The notes beneath the pieces are model-generated. The model was not told the origin of the DNA. It ran no database searches and was given only the letters and a program-made list of their open reading frames with translations. This document shows positions 19,896-29,600 of a DNA stretch of 64,000 nucleotides, one piece after another. The stretch's first letter is position 1; each line of letters starts with the position of its first letter. Origin of the DNA: Candidatus Dadabacteria bacterium (lineage in GTDB: Bacteria; Desulfobacterota_D; UBA1144; Nemesobacterales; CSP1-2); contig CAWDVW010000006.1 in the NCBI GenBank assembly GCA_963805855.1, forward strand, positions 260,876-324,875, in the 5' to 3' direction. A program made the translations under genes and the position numbers.

Positions 19896-20288
19896 TTATA
19901 GAATAATTCTTTTAATACCATCCTTAATAAGTGACACGTTAAAATTGATGAGAAAACCGAGACGCTTGCAACTCAATTTTAAATAACTCAGTATTTGTGC
20001 TTCCCATACAGGATTCATCTCGTCTACCGCTTTCAGTTCACAAATGATCAACTCTTCCACCAAAACGTCTAATCGTAGCCCTTCATCAAACACAATCCCG
20101 TCATATACGATCGGGATATCCACCTGCCTTTGATATGTTAACTCTCGTTTAAATAGCTCGTGGCAGAAACATATTTCATAAACTCTTTCCAACAAGCCCG
20201 GCCCTAATTTCTTATGCACAGTATACGCGGAATCTACTATTTTCTGAGCAATTGATTCTTCTCTTTCTGATAGAGCTTTAAAATTCAT
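19896..20288 (-). CDS. GxxExxY protein (PD-(D/E)XK-like, TIGR04256-type)
   Basis: HKKLGPGLLERVY, RLDVLVE, ELKAV, AQILSYLKL, GFLINFN. Confidence 0.93.
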   Translation of the reverse strand: MNFKALSEREESIAQKIVDSAYTVHKKLGPGLLERVYEICFCHELFKRELTYQRQVDIPIVYDGIVFDEGLRLDVLVEELIICELKAVDEMNPVWEAQILSYLKLSCKRLGFLINFNVSLIKDGIKRIIL

Positions 20289-21316
20289 ATTCCCCTTTTG
20301 TGCCTTTGTGCCTTAGTGGCTGAATAGACGTATGCCTTCTTATAGTAATCTTTAAACTCCCCCTCTTTAATCCTTCGCCACCACTGTTGGTTTTCTTTAT
20401 ACCACTGTATTGTATATCTCAGTCCTTCTTCAAAGCCGTATCGTGGTCTAAAGCCAAGATCGTGGATTTTAGTTGGGGTCAGGGAGTATCTTCTATCATG
20501 ACCCAATCTATCTTTAACAAATTTTATTAGACCCTTTGGTTTTCTTAGTTCTTTAACTATGAACTCAGCAATCTCAATATTGGACCTCTCATTGCCTGCA
20601 CCGATATTGTAAATCTCCCCAGTTTTTCCCTTATGGAGAGCTAAGTCAATAGCTTCGCAGTCATCAATAACATGAATCCAGTCTCTTACATTTTTCCCAT
20701 CTCCGTAGAGGGGAAGGGGGAGCTCATCAATGCAATTCGTGATAAAAAGCGGAATGAATTTCTCAGGGTATTGATATGGGCCAAAGTTATTGGAGCTCCT
20801 TGTAATTATGATTGGAAGCTTATATGTAGCCCAGTAGGATTGAGCCAGTAGGTCGCCGCTCGCCTTAGAGGCGGAATATGGATTGCTTGGGTTTAGGGGA
20901 TCAGATTCTTTAAAGGATCCTAATTCAGTACTTCCGTAAACTTCATCTGTGGAAACCTGAATGTAGCGATGATGTTTGTATTTATTTGCCACTTCTAACA
21001 AAAGATAGGTTCCATATACATTGGCCTGAATGAAACTCTCAGGGTCAACTATCGACCTGTCCACATGGGTTTCTGCAGCAAAGTTAACTATAACGTCAGC
21101 TTGCTTAGCTAGCGTTTCCACAAGGGATGAGTCACAGATGTCACCTCTTACAAATGTATACCGGGGGTTTCCATCGATATCTTTCAGGTTCTCGAGTTTC
21201 CCTGCATATGTCAATTTGTCGAGGTTAATGACTTCGTAATTATCGTACTTTTGCAAAATGTGGCGTATAAAATTACTACCGATGAAACCGGCTCCTCCGG
21301 TAACCAACAGTTTCAT
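20285..21316 (-). CDS. rfbB: dTDP-glucose 4,6-dehydratase
   Basis: VTGGAGFIGS, DKLTYAG, AAETHVDRSI, STDEVYG, YSASK, GHDRRY. Confidence 0.96.
   Translation of the reverse strand: MKLLVTGGAGFIGSNFIRHILQKYDNYEVINLDKLTYAGKLENLKDIDGNPRYTFVRGDICDSSLVETLAKQADVIVNFAAETHVDRSIVDPESFIQANVYGTYLLLEVANKYKHHRYIQVSTDEVYGSTELGSFKESDPLNPSNPYSASKASGDLLAQSYWATYKLPIIITRSSNNFGPYQYPEKFIPLFITNCIDELPLPLYGDGKNVRDWIHVIDDCEAIDLALHKGKTGEIYNIGAGNERSNIEIAEFIVKELRKPKGLIKFVKDRLGHDRRYSLTPTKIHDLGFRPRYGFEEGLRYTIQWYKENQQWWRRIKEGEFKDYYKKAYVYSATKAQRHKRGI
20296..20326. repeat. Inverted-repeat arm upstream of GxxExxY, lying inside the 3' end of rfbB
   Basis: ttttgtgcctttgtgccttagtggctgaata. Confidence 0.9.
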
Positions 21317-21317
21317 T

Positions 21318-21797
21318 TCACCCTCCGTTTACTACATACGATGGCCAACTATAGGGAATTTCTTTACTGTTCCATGAAAACCTATATTCATCTGGATCAT
21401 CATAGCGGTATAATTGAGTGGGAATGTTAAGAATTCTTGCCTCATCACAATCTACAGTGGTAAAACCATGTACCACGTGAGGGGGTATCTTGAGAAGCTT
21501 TGATTCGTTTTCATCACAAGATGGAGCCCTCAGAATGAACTCCTCGACCACATTAAATGTTGGAGAATTTTTTCTAATATCATAAAGTACGACCAGAGCA
21601 GTGCCGTGCAAGCACGCAAAGTGATCGGATTGTTCTTTGTGATAGTGCCATGCCTTTGCTATTCCTCTTTTACAGCTAGTTATATACAGCTGACCAAATC
21701 TCTCAAAGATTGGATCGTCTGACCGAAGGATTTCCATCAGAAAACCTCTTTCATCAGGAATGGCCTTGAGATTTTTTACTTCTACACCCTGAATCAT
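21318..21797 (-). CDS. rfbC: dTDP-4-dehydrorhamnose 3,5-epimerase family (short cupin type)
   Basis: DERGFLMEILR, KAWHYH, IPPHVVHGF; lies between rmlA-like and rfbB. Confidence 0.88.
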   Translation of the reverse strand: MIQGVEVKNLKAIPDERGFLMEILRSDDPIFERFGQLYITSCKRGIAKAWHYHKEQSDHFACLHGTALVVLYDIRKNSPTFNVVEEFILRAPSCDENESKLLKIPPHVVHGFTTVDCDEARILNIPTQLYRYDDPDEYRFSWNSKEIPYSWPSYVVNGG

Positions 21798-21830
21798 TTC
21801 TTGATCTTATTAAGTTCGACGTACCAGTAT

Positions 21831-21890
21831 AATTGTAACGGAATTCTTTAGGATTCCATTCGTGGAGGTCTAAAGACCTCCGCTACATTT
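21831..21890. repeat. GTAG-type REP inverted doublet
   Basis: Minus strand GTAGCGGAGGTCTTTAGACCTCC hairpin faces a degenerate copy GTAACGGAATTCTTTAGGATTCC across a TTCG spacer. Confidence 0.65.
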
Positions 21891-21905
21891 AGTTTTCCAC
21901 TCACG

Positions 21906-22986
21906 TTAGGTTAGCTCTATGGTGCTTTGATCACCCAGAATGAACTTATGAGTTTTTGGCTTGTCAGTATTGTTATAAATCCTGACCTCTCGCCCTATCA
22001 GACTCTTTTCAATTCTCGAGTTGGTATCACTGATCTTTGAATTTTCAAGAACTATACTATATTCAATCTCACTATTTTTAATCGTACATCCATAATAAAT
22101 TGAAGTGAAGGGCCCTATATAACTTCTTTCAATCAATGTATTTTCACCCACTATTGCAGGACCCCTTATTGTGCTCTTGATTACCTTGGCGCCCTCTTGG
22201 ATAATTACCTTTCCTGATATGTCGGAGCTGCTGTCCACATGACCCATGATCTTGGGTTCGCCACTTGGAATAATGTTATCCAGAATAAGTCTGTTTGCCT
22301 CTAACAAATCCTCAGGTTTTCCTGTGTCTTTCCACCAACCTGTCACCTCGCAGTATCCGACCCGAAAACCATTATCAATTAAATACTGATGCGCATCGGA
22401 GATCTCGAGTTCGCCCCTTTTACTCGGCGTAATATTGTTTACTGCTTCAAATATCGAGCGATCGTAAATATAAATTCCGGTCACTGCAAAGGGACTTTTA
22501 GGATTTTTTGGCTTCTCTATAACTCTGATTACTCTCCCATCTTCAATGTCCGCAACTCCAAATCTTTGAGGTTCCCTAACTTTTGCCAGCACTAGCTGGC
22601 AATTATTCTTATTCCTGATAAACTCGTCGATGAATCCCTTGATTCCTCCGAGCAGGATGTTATCTCCCAAGTAAAACACGAAGGGCGAATCCCTTATAAA
22701 ATCTTCGGATATTTTAATAACATGAGCGAGGCCAAGTGGAGCCTTTTGATCAATATAGGCGAAATTTGCGCCCCACTTCTTCCCATCTCCCAATGCCTCT
22801 TTAATTTCTTTTCCCGCATGCGAGCTTGATCAAAATTCCGATATCATTAATCCCCGCTTGAATTACTGATTCTATAGCGTAGTAAATCATCGGTTTGTTT
22901 GCTATAGGGATCAAGTGTTTATTACTTGTGTGAGTGAGGGGTCTTAACCTCGATCCATGGCCCCCGCTTGTAATTAATGCTTTCAT
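21906..22986 (-). pseudogene. rfbA: Glucose-1-phosphate thymidylyltransferase, long form, with a +1 frameshift near 22826 (pseudogene or sequencing indel)
   Basis: MKALITSGGHGSRLRPLT...K.LIP, then frame switch to SHAGKEIKEALGDG, PLGLAH, YLGDN, RGELEI, WKDTG, C-terminal beta-helix. Confidence 0.88.
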
Positions 22987-23063
22987 ATCGTTTGCCATAG
23001 CTTATCTCAGACTAATGGTCATATAGTTTGTAATAATGTTCACAGGTTTTAGTCGGGCTTGGA

Positions 23064-23111
23064 TTCATGATTCATGATACAGGATGCATGACACATGATA
23101 CAGGGGCATGA
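23064..23111. repeat. Solo 7-bp tandem array, same family as 8767-9010
   Basis: ttcatga ttcatga tacagga tgcatga cacatga tacaggg gcatga. Confidence 0.8.
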
Positions 23112-23600
23112 TTCCACAAAAAGGTGGTTTTATACAGCTTCGCCATCTCACTTACATGAATCGATAGATAAAAAAAGTTATTTATTAAAACTATAGCCCA
23201 ATAACTATTGAGAATGCTGTGAAATTTTTGCAACCCAATCAGCAGGGCATAATTACAACGCAGTAAGGCTTAATACCCTGATCGATTACATTTCTTTTAT
23301 TATTCAATCGTTTAATCCTCAGATTTACGATATTTCGATCTTGAGAGATTCATCTGCATGACTCTGTGGATAGTTCCAAACTCAATAAGTTTTCATGTAT
23401 CAACTACACCCCACCTTAATACCAACTTAAACCGGATCATGATTAGCTTTCCAGCTTGAATTAGCTCCATTTCTGCTTGTTATCTAATATTGCTCCACCT
23501 ATCTTTCTTGAAGCCAAGAATTGATCGACAAACTTCAAAAAACAAAAGTATTGCCTGTACTTTCGCCTATTAAATCTTGTTTAACTGGCCTCTCGATCAA

Positions 23601-23692
23601 ACTTCGGCAACCAGGCTACCATAGGTTGAGGACTCAACCCTTAGGTCATTGGCTTTGCGCTCCATTCTTTCGAATGGTTAGCCTTTTCGGAG
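23601..23692 (-). promoter_or_regulatory. c-di-GMP-I (GEMM) riboswitch
   Basis: Minus strand CCGAAAAGGCTAACCATTCGAAAGAATGGAGCGCAAAGCCAATGACCTAAGGGTTGAGTCCTCAACCTATGGTAGCCTGGTTGCCGAA: GAAA tetraloop stem, GCAAAGCC junction, CCTAA/ATGG receptor, GTTGCCGAA end. Confidence 0.9.
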
Positions 23693-23708
23693 CATTAAAT
23701 CTCAATAA

Positions 23709-23737
23709 AGTATAGGCGTCACTATTTTTGAAGTCAA
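23709..23737 (-). promoter_or_regulatory. sigma70 promoter for the riboswitch leader
   Basis: TTGACT-N17-TATACT immediately upstream of the aptamer. Confidence 0.75.
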
Positions 23738-23849
23738 TTCGACAAAAATATCAACCATCTCTAACTCTTTTCAGAGTCGTTTGTGAAGTAGTGTTTTGGC
23801 AAATTCTGGTTACAAGTATCCAATCAAAATTTTGAATATTGTCTTTTAT

Positions 23850-23878
23850 TTGACACGCCATGTGATATTAAATAAAAT
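23850..23878 (+). promoter_or_regulatory. sigma70 promoter of tRNA-fMet
   Basis: TTGACA-N17-TAAAAT, 15 nt before the tRNA. Confidence 0.75.
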
Positions 23879-23893
23879 TATTTTGATAATTGA

Positions 23894-23970
<77 letters not shown>

Positions 23971-24333
23971 AATTTCCCCTGAATGCATTACAGATATTGG
24001 TTTGTTGCCTTGTTGCAACACGTAAGTTCACTTAATTATTTATTGTGAGATTTTTAGCAACTTCCCCATAGGGGTAGGTCACCCCATCATTGACAGTCAA
24101 CTCTGCCGTCATTGCTTTGCGTCGCTAGTTAAATATGACAGACCGCTGATTTTACTGTTGACATTCGGTGCTTAACTTGCAGAATGTTCGTGATCTGGTA
24201 ACAGCTCTTGATATACTCACTCAAAAAATATAATATATGTCAGTCCGGTAGTAAATCCTGCCTTATATTGTCACAAAGCAAACAAGTTTTAATTGTTGAA
24301 TTGATAAGTTGCATGTGGTAATGGTAAAAATTC

Positions 24334-25516
24334 ATGGAGCTTAGTGATTACATAGATCTTAAATACGAGCCTTCGGACAGTATCGTTCTAAGATATCATT
24401 CAAGAAATTCGCTCGGATTTACCGAAGAAGAGCTTTTAAAGGGTTGTGTAAAAGAAGGGGAGAGAGTTTTTCATCTCGTAAATTATAAAGACTGCGAAAT
24501 TTATATTCTAGATGAAACATCCCTGATGCATTCCAACACATTTCACTCTTTAGACGGATCGTTAATTGGGAGCCTATGTAAAAAACATGGGCATAATATT
24601 GTAGTAGTTCCCAGTGGAGGAAATTTGGGAACAGCAATCACTTTATATTTAAAAAATTCTGATGCAAAAGTCTTCGTTTTTACACCCTACCATTGTCTTT
24701 GCAATTTGCCCGATTACGTATTCCAAAGGAAAGGAGCACATCTTATAGCTGTTCGCGGAGATAGAAACAAGATGGCTGCAATTGAATTTTCCAAACGGCT
24801 TACGGAAGCGTATGCCCTATCATTTGATCCTTTCGTGATGAAAAAAGAGTATCGAGCCGCTGCGTCAATTCCTAGGGGCTACTTCATTGCTGAGTATATG
24901 GTCAAAAACAATATTCTTTTCGATTGGATATCACAAACAATCTCTGCGGCATTTGGACCCATAGGTATTTATCAAGCTTTCGATCACTTATTGGCAGAAA
25001 AGTTCCTTGATACGATCCCTAGATTTCTGGCAGTACAACAAGAAGAAAACGCCCCGATGTTCCAAAAGATAAAAGGGATCAATTTATCATCTCATGACGG
25101 TCTATTGCTTCCCAATCTTTACGACAGAACACCTGAAACTTACGGAACATATGATAAATTAAAAGAGATTATGATAAGAACACATGGTGATATATGCACC
25201 ATTAATAGAGATGAATATCATCGCTGCCTCAATCGTGACTTTGATGGAAAAACTATGCTGAATTTATTTGACGAACAACGGCGTTGATATGACTAGAAAT
25301 CATGATGAAATATCAGAAAAGACAGGGCTCTTGTCCTTGATGGGTGTTTTAAAGAGCATTGACAATGGTATTATTGAGCCGGGAGAGAAGGTTCTTGTTT
25401 GTTTTACAGGGGGCGTAAAGAAACAAGGAGAACCGGCCATACCCGAACTCGTTATCTCTGAAAGTGACGATCTGGACGAAGTAATAACAAGATATATAAC
25501 CAGCTTAAGTATTTGA
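24334..25516 (+). pseudogene. Threonine-synthase-like fold-type II PLP protein with a +1 frameshift near 25268
   Basis: DETSLMHSNTFHSLDG, SGGNLG, QTISAAFGPIG, PRFLAVQQ; continues in ORF 25268-25516 (EKTGLL, VLVCFTGG). Confidence 0.7.
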
Positions 25517-25580
25517 ATTAGGGTTTAATTAGCGAATTTAATATTCCAAGAATAATAAATTTCCCAGAAATTTGCTCATT

Positions 25581-26205
25581 CGTCATCCTCGAATGTTACC
25601 CCCCGCCCAAGCTACATGCGGAGACGAGTTTAAATCGGGAATTCAGTCGTTTAATTTTTTTTCTTTGTCTTGATACAAAGAAACAAAAATCAAGGGCTGA
25701 CAAAAAACGCTTGCGTATCGAGCGAATGCGAGATATCTATTGCTATAATTAATTAGTTCTCTCAGTCACTATGTTCCTTCGAGATGACAGTAATGATTGT
25801 CACTTTTTTTAACGCTTCCGGAATTGATTTTGGTAATTTTTTGAATGCCCATTTAGAATCTGAAACACTGTCCCCGAATTGTGTAATATCTACGATTGCG
25901 AGAAACCCTTGCCCTAATTTCATCGAGCGATCGAAAGGTTTGTCCTCAGTGCCGTCGAGCGACTGCTTCTTTTTATCTGTGCTGAACGATTGCCTGAAGA
26001 AAATCGGGAACGAAGACGTAAAGAAAAAATTTGCGGGTTGTGATTGGACAAGTTGTCCTGTTGTTATGTCATCCCTGAGGATAGTTATCGTGAATCCGGG
26101 GATAAAGAATATGGATTCCCTATTAAGGCGTTAGGGAATGACAACAAGGGGCAGCCTTGTCCCGAGTCTGCCTTGAGCTTGTCGAAAGGCGGTGCCGAAG
26201 GGTCG
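25581..26205. repeat. Cluster of degenerate REP-like palindromic elements from several families
   Basis: gtcatcctcgaatg..gggaattcag; tctttgtcttgatacaaagaaacaaaaa; tgtcatccc...tggattccc...gggaatgaca (26067-26143); ccttgagcttgtcgaaagg. Confidence 0.7.
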
Positions 26206-26347
26206 CTTCTTTGTATCAAGACGAAGAGGTTAGAAAAAAAGATGATTCAAGAGAATAATTCTAAAAATCTTGCCCCCTGAAACATCTGGCTCTTATAGTG
26301 ACATCTGGGGTTTCATTTTTTTCTGGAAATTAAATAACATTGCAGTC

Positions 26348-27160
26348 TTAAGGCTTAATCGCATTAGCGGCTATAAAATATCCTGTTAAAAAGCGTGTCG
26401 GCCAAACCGATATACGCTCGAAACTCAAGAGAAAATTTAGCAAATGTTTTTGGAGTCCTCCACTTGAATGGTTTTGCGCAATTGCAGCCATTGCCATTGC
26501 GAAGATTCTGGGGAAATGCATTATTGATTTGATTTCAACCACTTCAAAACCGACAAGTTCCAAGTACTGTTGTAATTCATCCTTTTTTAGGGTAGCGCCT
26601 ACATAATATGGTACAAGGTTCAAGCGACTCAGCAAATTGTATGGCAGAATGTTTCGAATTGCTATTATCGGATTTGCTAAATTATCCAGAGTTATGATGA
26701 GTTGACCACCCACCTTCAGCAGCCTATAGAGTTCGTATAGTCCGGCAATGATCCTATCTTTTGATTCAAAATGATCTATTGTAGAGATAGAAATAATGAC
26801 GTCGAATGTCCTATCGACAAAGGGTTGACAACGTACGTCTGCCCCAATTGCTAGAAGCCCAGCATGACGTTTCTTTGCAGCTTGTGCTGTCACAGCAGAC
26901 AAATCAATGCCAACGACATACTTTGCTTGTGAAGTCAAGTTTGCATATAGGCCTTCGCCTAAGGACTCCTCGAATACGTCTGTCTTGAGGACATACTCTG
27001 CGCTACCTAGCCGTAGCCAGTTCCCAATAAGATCTTTGTTAACCGTGTCATAGTAAGTACGCCATAATGTGCGCGGAGGAGATTCTTGCCAGTACCTGGC
27101 TACTGAATCCCAGTACTCACTTTTTCCATTATCAAACTTCGACTCATATAACTTTTTAAT
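26348..27160 (-). CDS. Class I SAM-dependent methyltransferase; true start is upstream of the ORF-track start (ATT at 27160 or a frameshifted ATG)
   Basis: Frame is open upstream of 26938: YWDSVARYW...VLKTDVFEESLG; then VGIDLS, ADVR, FDVIISISTIDH, LKVGG. Confidence 0.8.
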   Translation of the reverse strand: MKKLYESKFDNGKSEYWDSVARYWQESPPRTLWRTYYDTVNKDLIGNWLRLGSAEYVLKTDVFEESLGEGLYANLTSQAKYVVGIDLSAVTAQAAKKRHAGLLAIGADVRCQPFVDRTFDVIISISTIDHFESKDRIIAGLYELYRLLKVGGQLIITLDNLANPIIAIRNILPYNLLSRLNLVPYYVGATLKKDELQQYLELVGFEVVEIKSIMHFPRIFAMAMAAIAQNHSSGGLQKHLLNFLLSFERISVWPTRFLTGYFIAANAIKP

Positions 27161-27281
27161 AAACCAGCCTCGCTATTACTTTTTTTACACCTTATCTTCA
27201 ATTGTCAAATTGGGGCGAATTTGAGTTAGAGTAATTCCAATTTCTTATTGTATCCGAACAGATCAGAATGATCCACGCGGC

Positions 27282-28487
27282 TCACGCTAGTGCCCTCTTA
27301 AAGTAAGGCAATGAGAGTGGAGCGACCAATGATCCGGGAGTCCACCCACGGCGATGAAATTCTAGACCTAAACTAAAGAGCTTGTCAAGTAGCGATGGAT
27401 TGGCTGCCCTACTGCAAATTGTGTTGAAGCGTTTAAGCGCGAGGGGCACTGCAATGTCACGGGGTGATACGAGCTTTTGTGCCGCTTCATCTAACAACCA
27501 GGAAACCCTTTTAGTGAAGTAATTTTCAAGGAATTTTGTGATCTGCTCCTCGTTTAGTGAAGCGAATTCCATAGTACCTCCGAGGACGCCGCCGCAATTC
27601 GTAACAAAATCAGGCATACACAAGATTCCCTGTTCAATTAAGATTTTCTCTGCTTCATGAGTTATTGGGTTGTTAGCACCCGGAGAGATAACGCGTGCCT
27701 TGATTCGGCTCGCATTTCCAATATGCACGCTGTCGTGGCGGGCACAAGGACAAAGCAAGTCAACGGGTAATTCAAGTAATTTCTCGCGGTTAATATGTTC
27801 ACCGTCAGCGTAGGAGTCAACAACTCGACTTCCATTTTTTGTTGTAAGTTTGGTAAGCAGTTTTATATTTAGCCCTTGAGGATTGTAAATCGCCCCTCTC
27901 GATGTGGAAATCGCGACGATTCGAGCTCCGGCCTTATCCATGAAATTTGCCAAAGCGCTTCCCACTTTGCCAAGACCCTCGATGGCAACCGTGCAGTCTG
28001 ATAGACTTAAATTTAGGTGGCTCATTGCCTGCCTCGCGCCTATGAAAACTGTCAATGCTGTGTAGTAGCCGGACAATGTGCTCCGTAATTCACGTTTTTT
28101 AACCTGAATGCCGACTGCTTTTAACATGCTTCGAATGTCATTGTTATCCGTACCCATATCACTGTTAGGGATGTAGATACGCTTGCATAGCAGAGGTGCG
28201 ATTGCCTTTGCAAACACTGCCAGGCGTTGATGTCGATCTAACTGAGGCGCCTCGGGATCGCCAAGGACCCCCGCTTTTGCACCACCCTGTGGAAGCCCCA
28301 AAAAACCATACTTAAGCGTCATCGCACGTGCAAGCCCACGCATTTCCTTTTCGTCAATGTCAGGAAGCATTCGCAGTCCACCACACGAACGACCCCCGAC
28401 AGTCGAATCAATTACCACATAACCGAGACGCTCAGAGCCCCGTGACACTGTTATTACAGTTTGAGGGCTTTTTGTTTCATAGAACAT
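27282..28487 (-). CDS. Glu/Leu/Phe/Val dehydrogenase family
   Basis: GGLRM, MTLKY, GGAKAG, DMGT, EGLGKVG, PCA, GANNP, PDFVTNCGGV. Confidence 0.92.
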   Translation of the reverse strand: MFYETKSPQTVITVSRGSERLGYVVIDSTVGGRSCGGLRMLPDIDEKEMRGLARAMTLKYGFLGLPQGGAKAGVLGDPEAPQLDRHQRLAVFAKAIAPLLCKRIYIPNSDMGTDNNDIRSMLKAVGIQVKKRELRSTLSGYYTALTVFIGARQAMSHLNLSLSDCTVAIEGLGKVGSALANFMDKAGARIVAISTSRGAIYNPQGLNIKLLTKLTTKNGSRVVDSYADGEHINREKLLELPVDLLCPCARHDSVHIGNASRIKARVISPGANNPITHEAEKILIEQGILCMPDFVTNCGGVLGGTMEFASLNEEQITKFLENYFTKRVSWLLDEAAQKLVSPRDIAVPLALKRFNTICSRAANPSLLDKLFSLGLEFHRRGWTPGSLVAPLSLPYFKRALA

Positions 28488-28580
28488 CTCGAGGTTTCCC
28501 TTTTAGAAAGATTTTCTAAATAAATCATTTTAATGAAATGTCAGTCTAATACAGTCGTTTAGTTTTGATCATCAATGGTC

Positions 28581-29345
28581 TTAACGCTTAATTGCTTTAT
28601 AAAAAGATAATTCCCAATTAACACAGTACTCCTTTTTTATGATAATGTACCCCAAATATCGCGTTATTCCGTGTAAAATTTGATCATGGGTACCTTTATC
28701 AATCCCAAAGAGAAGCTGGAAGTAAGTCAACATATCATCTAATGAAGAAAATCTCCAATGGTACTTTAAAGACGAAGAGTACACCACATCAAAGCCACAA
28801 TTTTCTATTTCGCCTTGTGTGTTTTCATTGAGATACGCTCCCCTGTGTCCCATTGAATTATGCTCATTCACAAACACGTCCAAGAACGTCGAGACCATAG
28901 CATCCTGCCGAGCGTCGGCAATTAACAATTTTCCTTTGCTTTTTAATATTCTATGTGATTCGCTATAAAAGGAGAGTTTGTCTTCAATATGATGTAAACC
29001 AGCCAAGCTTAATACCCTATCCACTGAATTTGACTTGATAGCTATACGATCAAGGTTTGTCAGAATTACATCCGAAGCGGTGTTGGCTTTACACGCTTTA
29101 GCAAACGCCTGAGATGTTTCGACGGATACAATCTGAGCTCTCGCATTTACAAAGTTTTTTAAGTATCCCCCGCCTGAAGGGATATCGCATATGATGTCCC
29201 CATGTCCGATTTGGGCTAACTTTATGATACTATCGAACTCTTCCCTTCTTGCCTGACCGTATAGCGTCATAGCCTTGTGGTAGAGATCTCCCCTTTTCTC
29301 GAATATTTCCTCGTAAGAATTGAACATCGATTTTACCACTAACAA
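28581..29345 (-). CDS. Class I SAM-dependent methyltransferase
   Basis: ICDIPSGGGYL, VDRVLSLAGLHH, RILKSKGKLLIAD. Confidence 0.87.
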   Translation of the reverse strand: MLVVKSMFNSYEEIFEKRGDLYHKAMTLYGQARREEFDSIIKLAQIGHGDIICDIPSGGGYLKNFVNARAQIVSVETSQAFAKACKANTASDVILTNLDRIAIKSNSVDRVLSLAGLHHIEDKLSFYSESHRILKSKGKLLIADARQDAMVSTFLDVFVNEHNSMGHRGAYLNENTQGEIENCGFDVVYSSSLKYHWRFSSLDDMLTYFQLLFGIDKGTHDQILHGITRYLGYIIIKKEYCVNWELSFYKAIKR

Positions 29346-29600
29346 GTTAAACTCAATTTTTTATTGGCATCGCACTAAACCTTTCATGTCCATCCCTAAT
29401 TATTCTATGACTAATTATTAATGTTAAAGTACTAAATGCTCTACAACCTAATTTCTGGATTTACCGAAACAACATGTCAACTTTCAACGCTCTAATCAAC
29501 AAGTATTCTGAGTCAGCAACCTAAGTTGGTCTTAGCGTTGGAATAAAAAAACAATTCAAATAGTTCGATAATCGTACTAGAATGCTCAGCGTTTTATAAA

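Noticed and set aside
23130-23150. ops element in the glycan leader (GGCGAAGC on minus strand)
   Set aside because: Match to GGCGGTAG is too weak to call
25784-26280. ORFs 25784-26134 and 26044-26280 as genes
   Set aside because: They read through palindromic repeats and show no recognisable motifs
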